A stretch of 64,000 nt of DNA from Candidatus Helarchaeota archaeon (GTDB lineage Archaea > Asgardarchaeota > Lokiarchaeia > Helarchaeales > RDOG01), in assembly GCA_019058315.1 (NCBI GenBank), contig JAHPZH010000001.1, forward strand, positions 1,169,432-1,233,431, given 5' to 3'. The notes beneath the pieces are model-generated. The model worked only from the letters and a program-made list of their open reading frames with translations. It searched no databases and was not told the DNA's origin. The position numbers were made by a program, and so were the translations under genes. Each line of letters starts with the position of its first letter. The stretch's first letter is position 1. Below are positions 19,718-29,274 of the stretch, one piece after another.

Positions 19718-22378
19718 TTATAATTCTTTTAAGAGTTTTAAAGCTTCTTCGTAATCTGGATCGATTTCAAGAGCTTTTTTCACGCATTCTTCGGATTCTG
19801 CCTTGTTATTTAGCTTTTTATGAGCAATTCCTAGGTAATACCAAGCCTCTTTAGATTGAGGACGGAATCCAACAGCTATTTTTAGATATTGCATTGCTTT
19901 TTGATGATTTCCTAATTCTAAATAAGATTTTCCACAATCAAACCGGGGAGAATAATCATCCTCTATATATATTGCCCTTTCAAAATATTCGATTGCCTCT
20001 TGGTATTTTTTAAGACCATTAAGGGCCCAACCAACACTGTGTAGTGCATGTTGATCCATTGGATTTAGTTCTATAGCTTTTTTACAATATTCATAAGCTT
20101 TTTCATATTGACCCCATTGACCATAAGTCCAACCAGTATTGTTCCACACTAGATTGCTATTAGGAAAAATTTTTAAAGCCTCTTCTCCAGACTCAGCAGA
20201 TTTTTCATAATCTTTTATTTTACAATAGGCTAAGATTAAATTGTTCCATGATGTTTCCCATTCGTTATTAAAGTCAATGGATTTTAGATACCACTCAATT
20301 TCCTTTTCATAATTACCCATTCGACGATATGCAAAACCAATATTATACATAATTCTATTATTATCCACACCTTCTGGATCTTTCCTTAGAATCTCCAGGT
20401 AATTTTCAATTGCTTTTTCAAATTTTTTCTGATTTAAATATTCATAAGCTAACTTATCTTGATAATAACGATCATCTGGATGGGATCTAACGTTTTCTAT
20501 TAAATCGTTTAATAATTGTTCATTTTTTGATTCTTCTAATTCCTCTAAAAGCCTTTTTACATCTTGGTTATCGGGCTGAAGTTCTAATAATTTTTTAAAT
20601 GATTCATAAGCTCCTCTAAAATCTCCACTTTCTTTCTGGGCAATCCCAAACATGTTCCAATATTCTGGATTGTCCTCATATTCGTCGGAATACCTTAATT
20701 CATCAAAACAATTTGTCATCCTTTCATAATCTTGTTTCAACTTAAACAGTGCAAATCCCATATCAAATAAAGATGGTTGATGCCAATATTGAAGTTCAAG
20801 AGCTTTTTCTAATTTCTCTTTGGCTTTTTCATACTTTCCTAACTTGTTATAAGCCCATCCAATTGAATGCCAAGAGTATGCGGCATTAGGATCAAGATCT
20901 ACCGCTTTTTGACAATACTCCAAAGTTTTATCATACTGTCCAATCTGACCAAGACTCCACCCTAAACCATTCCAAGCATCAGCCATTTGAGGATCAAGTT
21001 CGGTTGCTTTCTGAAAATAATTTGCTGCTTTTTGCCAATCTTTAATGTCAATATAATTATTTCCCTGAGTATACCATGTGTCTGCATCATTAGGATTCTC
21101 TTCCAATTCTTTCTCTTTTTCTCTAATATATTCTTTAGACCTTAAACTATTAAAGAATTCGTTAAGGAATTTATTGATGGTAGAGTCTTCTATATTAGTA
21201 GAATTTCTAAGCGTTCTTAATTCTTGAGTGCTTAAAATCAAATTATTTCCTAAAAAGATTATTGTTTCTTTTTTAGATTCTTCAACCATATTTATAATAG
21301 CTGCAGAAAATACTCCTGTCGTAATCTTATCCTTTATTTTTTTAAGGAATCCTAAATAGGCAGATTTAACCTCTGCTTTATCAATAATCAAATGTTGAAA
21401 TAACAAGGTCAAGACTGAGAGGGATATATCACTTAATAATGCAGTGGAGGAGAATTCATAATTTTTCTTGGAAATTACTTCAATGATTTTATCAATTGCT
21501 CTTTTTACTCCTTCATTTGATAATATTTTAGCAGCCCCTCTGATTATTTTCTCATCTTTCTCTTCAAGTGCCTCTATTAGCAGATTCTCAGCCTTTGGGG
21601 TCTTAGATCTCCCAAGTGCCCACATTGCCTCCCATTTTATGAATTCATCATCACTTTTGAGTAATTTAATCAAGGGATCAATTGCTCTTTCACCTCCGAT
21701 TTCCCCAAGAGCTTTTATAGTTCGTAATACTACATTTCTATTCTCATCTTCTAGCAATTTAAGCAAAGGTTCTATAGATTTGTTATCCCCAATCCTTCCA
21801 AGAGCACCTACTGCCTCTCGTCTAATAAAACTATTTTTATCCTTAAGGGACTCAGTTAAAGAATCCAAAACGTCAGGGAATTTCAGTTTTCCCAAAGTTT
21901 TGATAGCTTCTAATCTGACCATTTCTGATTTATCATTTAGAAATTTGGCGATATCTTTAGCAGATATTTGGGCATCTAATATACCTAGCGTCTTGATTGC
22001 TTCAATACGAACTTTTTCTTCAGGATCTTCTAATAATTTAATGAGAGGATCGATTGCCTTTGTAATACCATCTATATTTCGGATGGAAATAATGGCAGCA
22101 ATTCTTACATCAACATTTTTATCGTTTAATAAATCAATAAGATGATGTTCCTTCCCTTCTGGATTCCTTCCAATTGCAAAAGCCGCCTCTTCTCGAATTT
22201 TTTCATACTTATCTTTTGAAGCTTGAACTAAAGTTGAGAAAATTTTTTTTCCACCAATTTCCCCTAAGACTTTTAACGCTTCTTTACGAATAAGATAATT
22301 ATATTCATCAGAATTATTGTAAATTTCCTTTAATTTATCAGTATCTCTTTTTTCTTTCGATGACTTTACAACAAACAA
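19718..22378 (-). CDS. HEAT (PBS-lyase-like) repeat plus TPR repeat protein
   Basis: N-terminal L.D....VR..A...LG repeats; C-terminal W...G......A...F.KA..L.P repeats. Confidence 0.85.
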   Translation of the reverse strand: MFVVKSSKEKRDTDKLKEIYNNSDEYNYLIRKEALKVLGEIGGKKIFSTLVQASKDKYEKIREEAAFAIGRNPEGKEHHLIDLLNDKNVDVRIAAIISIRNIDGITKAIDPLIKLLEDPEEKVRIEAIKTLGILDAQISAKDIAKFLNDKSEMVRLEAIKTLGKLKFPDVLDSLTESLKDKNSFIRREAVGALGRIGDNKSIEPLLKLLEDENRNVVLRTIKALGEIGGERAIDPLIKLLKSDDEFIKWEAMWALGRSKTPKAENLLIEALEEKDEKIIRGAAKILSNEGVKRAIDKIIEVISKKNYEFSSTALLSDISLSVLTLLFQHLIIDKAEVKSAYLGFLKKIKDKITTGVFSAAIINMVEESKKETIIFLGNNLILSTQELRTLRNSTNIEDSTINKFLNEFFNSLRSKEYIREKEKELEENPNDADTWYTQGNNYIDIKDWQKAANYFQKATELDPQMADAWNGLGWSLGQIGQYDKTLEYCQKAVDLDPNAAYSWHSIGWAYNKLGKYEKAKEKLEKALELQYWHQPSLFDMGFALFKLKQDYERMTNCFDELRYSDEYEDNPEYWNMFGIAQKESGDFRGAYESFKKLLELQPDNQDVKRLLEELEESKNEQLLNDLIENVRSHPDDRYYQDKLAYEYLNQKKFEKAIENYLEILRKDPEGVDNNRIMYNIGFAYRRMGNYEKEIEWYLKSIDFNNEWETSWNNLILAYCKIKDYEKSAESGEEALKIFPNSNLVWNNTGWTYGQWGQYEKAYEYCKKAIELNPMDQHALHSVGWALNGLKKYQEAIEYFERAIYIEDDYSPRFDCGKSYLELGNHQKAMQYLKIAVGFRPQSKEAWYYLGIAHKKLNNKAESEECVKKALEIDPDYEEALKLLKEL

Positions 22379-22581
22379 TTAATTCATCTTCCATTATTTA
22401 TTTTCTTTCAATAATAATAACTAAAAGTTGATTTCTTTTTAAAAAACTTTCATTTGATTATTTTTTAATCAATAATTAAAGTTTATATCATGAAATAATA
22501 CTTTAATTAATGCAATTAAAAAAATTTAATTACATTAAATTATAAAATTTTCTAGAAATTGGGTTCGATGGAGAAAAAAAC

Positions 22582-25500
22582 ATGAATTTCGGTGAAACCT
22601 ACTTATTTTATTTAAAAAGTGCAGATGAGAAGTATTATCGAGTTTCTATCTATGAAGAAGAAGAAAGAACGTATTATTACAGACGAGAATACAAGAAATT
22701 TCGGTATTGTATGAGAATTTTATATGATAAAAAGAATGGAAACAGGTTTAAAAAACTCGATGTTGAAAAAGATAAACAAAATAAGGCAAGATCCCCATTT
22801 TATAAGCGTATTGGCAAACCTAGAGCAGGTTATGATCCTTATTATGTGTCATATTATGATAAATTTGAAGAACTAATCCCCGAAACCCCCGAACAATTTC
22901 TAGAAGTTCTAGGTTTAGAAGATTGCGAATATATTACCGAAGATGAATATGTTAATGCTATTTTTTCATCAATTAAAGATATAGTTGCCCCTGAAGACTA
23001 TGTAAAAAAAGAGAGACGATACCCACACGACTTAAAACGACTTTTAATGATAGCCATGGCAGGCGGCAGACCAACTCAGCGTAATTCGGCCATGAAACGA
23101 ATTTTAAAATGGAGCGATCAAGCTTCTGAGTCATATCATTTCCTAATAGAACATGGTTTGCAAGAAACTATGTTTGGGGCATTGATTTTAGCTACTAAAT
23201 ATAAGATTCTAGGTCTCGAAGATGTGGTAAAGAAAATTGCTGATTCAACAGACGAAGAAAGGGCTTGGATAGAAGGTTATAGCTTCAAATTTGCTCCAAT
23301 TTATGCTAATTTATATTTACATGCTATAACGAACGGTCAACAACCATACATTTGGAAAGACATAGAAAAAATAGCTAATTTAATGCCATCAGATTTTGAA
23401 AACGCTATAAATTTCTTTACAAGTTACACAAAAAAGCCAGATAATGCTTCCACTTATTCTTTTGGTTATGATTTTAAAAAGAAGTATAATGTTGATGACA
23501 ACAACTGGCTACTTATACCAGAATATTTGAAGAATAAAACCATGGATGAAAAATATGAACTTCTTTTAAATGTGGCTAATGGTATTAAATTGACTTATGA
23601 TTATTCAAAATTACATTTTTTATTCAGAACTCCATTTAAAGTTGCTGAGTTAGGCAGGTTTTTGGATCTTCTAGCTTTTATAATGCATCTTATAGACCGA
23701 GACAATTGTACTTGTGGAACTTGTGCTTATTTAAGGCGAAGAGCTAAGCGAGTATTGAAAGAATGGGGAAGGGAAAAGTCTGAAGATTATATTAAAACTG
23801 TAGCCTTATTTTTTGCGCTTCAACCAGAATGGGTTGCCCCATCTTATTATTCTGAACGTTATAGATGGCAATTATTTTACAATAGGCGTATTATTAGGGA
23901 TTTACTTTATGGTAAAAGTAAAAGATCGGGATGGAATGGTCAACTAGTCCGAGGAGACTCGCCCGATATTTTATCTGACGAGCATTGGCAGACTCGTGAA
24001 GAATTCTTCCCCGAATTGTGGAATGAATATCCAAATTATGTGTGGTGGATTTTAGGGAAGACCAAAGTTCCTGCAATTTTAGATTTTTGTTTAAGAGTGC
24101 TTAACCAATCAGATAAGGGTAAAGAATTTCTTAATTCATTAAATCTAAAAGATGTTGTTTCAACACTAGAAATACCATATAATAGAATCCAAGATTTCTT
24201 TTATGAAATTTTGATGAATAGATTAAAAGCGATTGATAAATTACCAGAAGATTTAATTAGTATATTAGTAGAAAGTAATGGACCAAGGGCTTGGGAGCTC
24301 GCTGTTCAGCTTGTAAAAGACAATAAAGCAGAATTAACAGAAGATCAATTCATAATGCTTTGTATAAAGCCCAATCAACGTTTAATAGACTTTTGTAGAG
24401 ATCGTTTAGTAGGATTAGACGAAAATAAAAAGAAAAATATGACAATTCGTATATTTGAGCTTATTAGCATTGAAGAAGATGTTTATAGAATCAATCTTGG
24501 GCTTATAAAGAGTTTAATTGAACGAGCTGAATTGCCAATCTCTGGAGAAACATTAGTTCCACTATTGAGAAGTAAAAATACATTAGGTCAAGAACTAGTA
24601 TCAAGTCTGATAGAAAAACAAGCTCCAAAAGCAGGATTTCTTACTAAAGAGGCTTATATTTCAACTTTTGAAAATTCAGAGGTTTCCTTGGATCTTTGCA
24701 AAATGGTGTCAAAATTTTTAGATAAGGATATAGAAACCTCAACTTTTTCACTAAAAGAAAGTATAGAAATTATTTCAAGCCTATTACAATGTCCTCATGA
24801 AGAAATATTCCTAATCTATGATAGATTATCTGAAAATTTGATATCAAGGACTCCTGAGGGTTCAAATTTATTGCTAGACGGTATAGTTAAAAACTTGGTT
24901 AGAAAGGAAATAAGTCAGAAATTAAGAGAAACATTCCTAGAATTATTAAGGAAGACAAATATTGATATTTGGAAATCAATAGATTCTGAAATTGTTAATA
25001 ATATATCGAAATTAGAAGATCCAGATATTGCGATAATTGGAAATTTAGTTCTAAAATATCAAACTGTAGCAATGCCTGCCAAAGAAACTATTGATGTAGT
25101 AGTGGGTTCGGAAGCCCTTGTAATAAGAAGATATTTAATAGATATATTAGATCTCATCTCTTCAAGGATTGATATAGAGATAAATATTTTAACACCAATA
25201 ATTGAAAGCGATTTTAATGATCTTTTTACTTGGACTTCAGAATATATTAAGAAAGCTGCAATTGATGTCTCAATAAAAACCAAGTATCTACGTAAAATTA
25301 TAGATTCACCTGTAGTTAGGGTTCAGGAATTTAGTTTTAATGTTTTAAAAGAAATTTACAAAGAAAAACTCCCTTATGATATGATTCTCCACTTACTTGA
25401 ACACCCTTCGGAATATGTTAGGGGAGCTATCGCTGAAGAAGTTTCTGATATTAAAGTTTTTGAAAAATTAGTTAATGAAGAACCAGATCTTTTTCTTAGA

Positions 25501-25698
25501 TATATTAAATCAGTAATTTATTTACCGAATAAGCTTGCAAAAGCGAAAGATCGTCTTTTTGAATTGATGATTGATTTTGCTAACTCCTCTCCAAAATATA
25601 AGAAGAATATCAAGGATATTCTCTTGAATGTGGGTGGAGGAGCTATTATTAAAGATAAGGAGCGTGCACTTAAAGCATTTGTTAAGATAACTGATTAA
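22582..25698 (+). CDS. large HEAT/ARM-like helical protein, putative retron-associated effector (possible degenerate WGR-like N-terminus)
   Basis: 1038 aa with a helical-repeat C-terminal half (LLEHPSEYVR, IIDSPVVRVQ); 12 bp from the SWIM gene. Confidence 0.6.
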   Translation: MNFGETYLFYLKSADEKYYRVSIYEEEERTYYYRREYKKFRYCMRILYDKKNGNRFKKLDVEKDKQNKARSPFYKRIGKPRAGYDPYYVSYYDKFEELIPETPEQFLEVLGLEDCEYITEDEYVNAIFSSIKDIVAPEDYVKKERRYPHDLKRLLMIAMAGGRPTQRNSAMKRILKWSDQASESYHFLIEHGLQETMFGALILATKYKILGLEDVVKKIADSTDEERAWIEGYSFKFAPIYANLYLHAITNGQQPYIWKDIEKIANLMPSDFENAINFFTSYTKKPDNASTYSFGYDFKKKYNVDDNNWLLIPEYLKNKTMDEKYELLLNVANGIKLTYDYSKLHFLFRTPFKVAELGRFLDLLAFIMHLIDRDNCTCGTCAYLRRRAKRVLKEWGREKSEDYIKTVALFFALQPEWVAPSYYSERYRWQLFYNRRIIRDLLYGKSKRSGWNGQLVRGDSPDILSDEHWQTREEFFPELWNEYPNYVWWILGKTKVPAILDFCLRVLNQSDKGKEFLNSLNLKDVVSTLEIPYNRIQDFFYEILMNRLKAIDKLPEDLISILVESNGPRAWELAVQLVKDNKAELTEDQFIMLCIKPNQRLIDFCRDRLVGLDENKKKNMTIRIFELISIEEDVYRINLGLIKSLIERAELPISGETLVPLLRSKNTLGQELVSSLIEKQAPKAGFLTKEAYISTFENSEVSLDLCKMVSKFLDKDIETSTFSLKESIEIISSLLQCPHEEIFLIYDRLSENLISRTPEGSNLLLDGIVKNLVRKEISQKLRETFLELLRKTNIDIWKSIDSEIVNNISKLEDPDIAIIGNLVLKYQTVAMPAKETIDVVVGSEALVIRRYLIDILDLISSRIDIEINILTPIIESDFNDLFTWTSEYIKKAAIDVSIKTKYLRKIIDSPVVRVQEFSFNVLKEIYKEKLPYDMILHLLEHPSEYVRGAIAEEVSDIKVFEKLVNEEPDLFLRYIKSVIYLPNKLAKAKDRLFELMIDFANSSPKYKKNIKDILLNVGGGAIIKDKERALKAFVKITD

Positions 25699-25710
25699 GG
25701 AGTTAAAAAA

Positions 25711-27354
25711 ATGAGTATATCATACCAATTTAATTATGCAACACCTTCCACTTTTGTCGAAAGTGCAGATCTTACTTCATTAGTCTTTTCTACAGATTTA
25801 AATCGCCCTGAAAAAGTTTCATTCAAAGGACGTTTGAAAAACATCTTGCTTTATAGGGACGCAATGCTTGCATTACGTCAAGTTGTAGTTTCTGACCTTA
25901 GAACACCAGTTAAAGATAGATCAGCTTACCTTGAGTGGGAAGGAAAATTTGTTGAACAACTCGCAAGAGAACGCTTAGGTAAAGTAGAGTCTATGAGGGA
26001 AGAAGTATTAAAAGATATAAAATTGCTAGAGCAAGAAAGAAAAGATATCGAAGCTTGGGAAAAAGAGAATTGGAAACAATATTACAAATTAGAAAGACCA
26101 TTTTGGAAATTCATTCAAAATAGGGATAAGGATTTGTGGTGGGTTTTAGATCCTGTAATTTCAGTTCAACCTGATATCGTATCATTTGAGGCTTTTTCTA
26201 AAGATGAATCTACATATGCCAGCTTGAGTGTTAATAGAGATGAATTTGTGATGGAAGAAGAACCGACGCTTGGAACCACTAATATTGACTTTAGTAAAAG
26301 GCTGGCTGATGAATTTCTTAGAATTAGAACAGACAATCCATTAGATTTATCTATTGCTCCAGAAGGGTTTACAGTTGAAACTGGAGAAAGACCAGCTTAT
26401 TTAGAAAAGAAAATAGATTTACCCGAGAGTTGGGTTAGAGGTTTTCTCCAAGTATCCTCAGCTTCAGCATTACCTGGTTATGATTTCAACCTCTCAAAAG
26501 TTGATGTTTATGTTATTTGTAGCTATTTAAGACGAAGAAGAGCTCGTTGGTCTCCTCGCTCTCTACGATGGGAATTAAAACCAAAATATAACATAAGAGT
26601 TGTATTTGAGCCTTGGGAAGAGGTAATTGAACTATCTGCTAAATATTTTGGTCCCGAACCTCAAATAATTCGCACATGGGGTAGAAGAAGGTTATTTCTA
26701 CTTGAAGGCTTAATCCCACATGCCAAAAAGTTTAGAGTACATTTACTGGGTAAAGGACTTCCAGCTTTTTACATCGCAGAAATGCCCGGTATGGTCTTTA
26801 CCTTGGGATTATCAGGTTGGGTTGCAAAAGACTGGTCTGGTGGAGCTGTTTTTAATGCATTATCAGGATTTATCGGAGATACAGTAGTAAAAGATATTGT
26901 TACAAAATTTAAGGAAAATAGACAATACGAGATAGATAAATTACCAAGCGAATTTAAAATTGATCAAAAAGATATAAATTCAACAATTGGCTATCTTTAT
27001 CGCCATGGTAGAGCTTATTATGACTTAGTTAGCTCCAAGATTAGATATAGAGAATTATCTCAAATCCCCTTCCCGAAACACTTGACAGAACCTTCACAAC
27101 TTGAAAAAGATGCTCGGAAATTCATGCCAAGTCTAAAAAATTTCAGAGTTAAACATAACCCAGATAAATCGATCGATGCAACTGCCAAGATGAGAGTAAA
27201 GGATAAAATAAAAGAAATTTCCTTGACAATGTCAGGAGATGGGCAGGTTAAAAAAGCAGATTGTCATTGTAGGGCATTTCAACGCAAAAAACTAACTGGA
27301 GGACCCTGCATTCATTTATTAGCCCTTCAATTCAAAACATTAGATTTGGATTAA
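25711..27354 (+). CDS. SWIM zinc-finger protein, retron-associated
   Basis: C-terminal CHC...GPCIH (CxC-xn-CxH); DPVISV..D...FEAFSKDES and LPESWVRGF blocks; 5 bp upstream of the RT. Confidence 0.8.
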   Translation: MSISYQFNYATPSTFVESADLTSLVFSTDLNRPEKVSFKGRLKNILLYRDAMLALRQVVVSDLRTPVKDRSAYLEWEGKFVEQLARERLGKVESMREEVLKDIKLLEQERKDIEAWEKENWKQYYKLERPFWKFIQNRDKDLWWVLDPVISVQPDIVSFEAFSKDESTYASLSVNRDEFVMEEEPTLGTTNIDFSKRLADEFLRIRTDNPLDLSIAPEGFTVETGERPAYLEKKIDLPESWVRGFLQVSSASALPGYDFNLSKVDVYVICSYLRRRRARWSPRSLRWELKPKYNIRVVFEPWEEVIELSAKYFGPEPQIIRTWGRRRLFLLEGLIPHAKKFRVHLLGKGLPAFYIAEMPGMVFTLGLSGWVAKDWSGGAVFNALSGFIGDTVVKDIVTKFKENRQYEIDKLPSEFKIDQKDINSTIGYLYRHGRAYYDLVSSKIRYRELSQIPFPKHLTEPSQLEKDARKFMPSLKNFRVKHNPDKSIDATAKMRVKDKIKEISLTMSGDGQVKKADCHCRAFQRKKLTGGPCIHLLALQFKTLDLD

Positions 27355-27359
27355 ATAGA

Positions 27360-28748
27360 GTGGTGAAAATGGGTAGAAGAGAAGAATTATACGAAGAAAT
27401 TAAGAAATCATCCAAAGAAGTTGTAACTCTAAGAGAAATGATAAAATTTGGATTTTGGCCAAAAGATATTCCACTACCAGAAATAAATATGGAAATGGTA
27501 GAAAGAAAGAAGGAAGTAATTAAAAAAATTAGGGAATTAAACAAAGAATTGGTAAGAGAACGAACTTTTGATGATGTAGTGAAAGAAATTCGAAAGGAAA
27601 GAATGGCTGAATCTAGAAAAAGAAAAAAATTACGACGTGAAGAAAAAAAGAGATTATACGAAGAACGTAAAGCTGCTTGGGCCAAAAAGCGAGAGGAAGA
27701 AATAGTTCATGTTGGGAATAAGTATTCTGGAATGTTACATAAAAACGAGACCAATATAGAAGCTCTCAAACGTTTTAATTTACCCATAATTCAAAATCAT
27801 ATTGATTTAATTAAAGAATTGCAGATTGATCTCTCTACATTACGATGGCTAACATATCATAGAGATGTAGTTAGTATTTCCCATTATGTTCAATTTGAGG
27901 TTCCCAAGAAATCAGGTGGAATGAGAACAATTTCTGCACCGAAACCTAAAATTGCTGCTGCTCAAAGATATATTTTTGAAAATATTTTATGTAACATACC
28001 ATCATCTAATTGTGCTCATGGTTTTATACAGAAAAGATCAATATTAACTAATTCTAAAGTTCATATTGAAAAAAATCCAAATTTAATTATTAACATAGAT
28101 TTAAAGGATTTTTTTCCATCAATTACGTTTATTAGAGTTAGAGGTTTATTTCAAAAATTAGGCTATTCAGGACAGATCGCCACATTATTAGCAATGCTTT
28201 GCACGGAACCCCATAGAAAAGAAGTTCAAGTAGATGGCGATAAATATTATGTGGCTCTTGGAGATAGAGTGTTACCTCAAGGTGCATGCACAAGTCCAGC
28301 CATCACTAACGTAATATGCTGGCGGCTTGATTCTAGATTAAATGGCTTGGCACGTTCAAAAGGATTTGGCTATTCACGTTATGCTGATGATATAACCTTC
28401 TCTATTCCAAATAAAGAATTCAGGAGTGAAATTGGTAAATTTGTAAATACAGTCAATAAAATTATAAAAGATGAAGGTTTTAGGATTAATAAAAAGAAGA
28501 TTAGAATCCTTGGTAAACATAGAAGACAAGAAATTACTGGATTAGCAGTAAATGAAGGTTACCCGACCATATCCCGTAAATGGCTTCGAAAGCTTAAAGC
28601 CATTTTATATAATTGTAAGACCAAAGGAATAGAAAGTCAAAATATATCCTATCAAACATTACAGGGAATGGTCTCTTTCGTTAATATGGTATCGCCGAAT
28701 AAGGCAAATAAATTTAGAGAGGTATTAAGTAAGATTAAACCAAGTTAA
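27360..28748 (+). CDS. retron-type reverse transcriptase (type XIII / Mx162-like context); ATG at 27369
   Basis: PKKSGGMRTI, AHGF, region X NSKVH (NAxxH), DLKDFFPSI, LPQGACTSP, YADD, region Y ITGLAVN (VTG); no maturase or endonuclease domain. Confidence 0.92.
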   Translation: MVKMGRREELYEEIKKSSKEVVTLREMIKFGFWPKDIPLPEINMEMVERKKEVIKKIRELNKELVRERTFDDVVKEIRKERMAESRKRKKLRREEKKRLYEERKAAWAKKREEEIVHVGNKYSGMLHKNETNIEALKRFNLPIIQNHIDLIKELQIDLSTLRWLTYHRDVVSISHYVQFEVPKKSGGMRTISAPKPKIAAAQRYIFENILCNIPSSNCAHGFIQKRSILTNSKVHIEKNPNLIINIDLKDFFPSITFIRVRGLFQKLGYSGQIATLLAMLCTEPHRKEVQVDGDKYYVALGDRVLPQGACTSPAITNVICWRLDSRLNGLARSKGFGYSRYADDITFSIPNKEFRSEIGKFVNTVNKIIKDEGFRINKKKIRILGKHRRQEITGLAVNEGYPTISRKWLRKLKAILYNCKTKGIESQNISYQTLQGMVSFVNMVSPNKANKFREVLSKIKPS

Positions 28749-28762
28749 TTATATAGGAAAGT

Positions 28763-28959
28763 TGGAAACCTTGGCTATTAGTTGCGGTGTCACGCCGTGC
28801 ATGCCGGACCGTTTACCATCCTTCACCGGTCCTTTCATCACTGCCGGCACTATCGACACTATCACAATTTGCGAAGCCAACCTAAGAGGTTCAAATTGCG
28901 ATAGTGTCACGTGCCGTTGAGTAGAAAGTCCCGATCTTGGACTTGATGCAAGGTTTCCA
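28763..28959 (+). ncRNA. retron msr-msd-like ncRNA copy 1
   Basis: Perfect 11-bp IR TGGAAACCTTG/CAAGGTTTCCA; opposing G28774/G28948; msr hairpins; 17-bp msd stem 28855-28871/28892-28908. Confidence 0.8.
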
Positions 28960-29018
28960 TTACTTTCTTTCAAAGATTTTAAATATTTATAGAAAATTTG
29001 CAAACCTAAAATAATTAG

Positions 29019-29211
29019 AAGACCTTGGCTATTAGTTGCGGTGTTACGCCGTGCATGCCGGACCGTTTACCATCCTTCACCGGTCCTTTCGTCACTGCCG
29101 GCACTATCGACCCTATCGAAATTTGCGAAGCCAACCTGAGAGGTTCAAATTCCGATAGGGTCACGTGCCGTTGAGTAGAAAGTCCCGATCTTGGACTTGT
29201 TGCAAGGTCTT
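29019..29211 (+). ncRNA. retron msr-msd-like ncRNA copy 2
   Basis: 9-bp IR AAGACCTTG/CAAGGTCTT; opposing G29028/G29202; 17-bp stem 29109-29125/29146-29162. Confidence 0.8.
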
Positions 29212-29218
29212 ACCTCTC

Positions 29219-29226
29219 TTTTTTTT
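29219..29226 (+). terminator. oligo-T terminator after ncRNA copy 2 (similar T7 at 29473-29479 after copy 3)
   Basis: T8 tract just 3' of the closing inverted repeat. Confidence 0.45.
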
Positions 29227-29236
29227 AAAAAGATTA

Positions 29237-29250
29237 CGAAAATTATATAT
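29237..29250 (+). promoter_or_regulatory. putative archaeal BRE-TATA promoter for ncRNA copy 3
   Basis: CGAAAA-TTATATAT about 25 nt upstream of the unit start; similar TTTATA at 28986-28991 before copy 2. Confidence 0.45.
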
Positions 29251-29274
29251 ACATAAAAATAGACAAAAATAACT

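Noticed and set aside
21468-22145. 225-aa plus-strand ORF and similar shadow ORFs (e.g. 3401..3706, 4457..4840, 27332..27685, 59505..59897)
   Set aside because: They are antisense to well-supported genes and have the Ser/Phe/Leu-rich composition typical of shadow frames
27360-28960. Group II intron
   Set aside because: No maturase/endonuclease domain, no recognisable domain V/VI, and the RT is operonic with upstream genes, leaving no room for intron domains I-III
28749-29003. 84-aa minus-strand ORF
   Set aside because: It is antisense to ncRNA copy 1 and explained by local GC richness; variation among the copies follows base pairing, not codons
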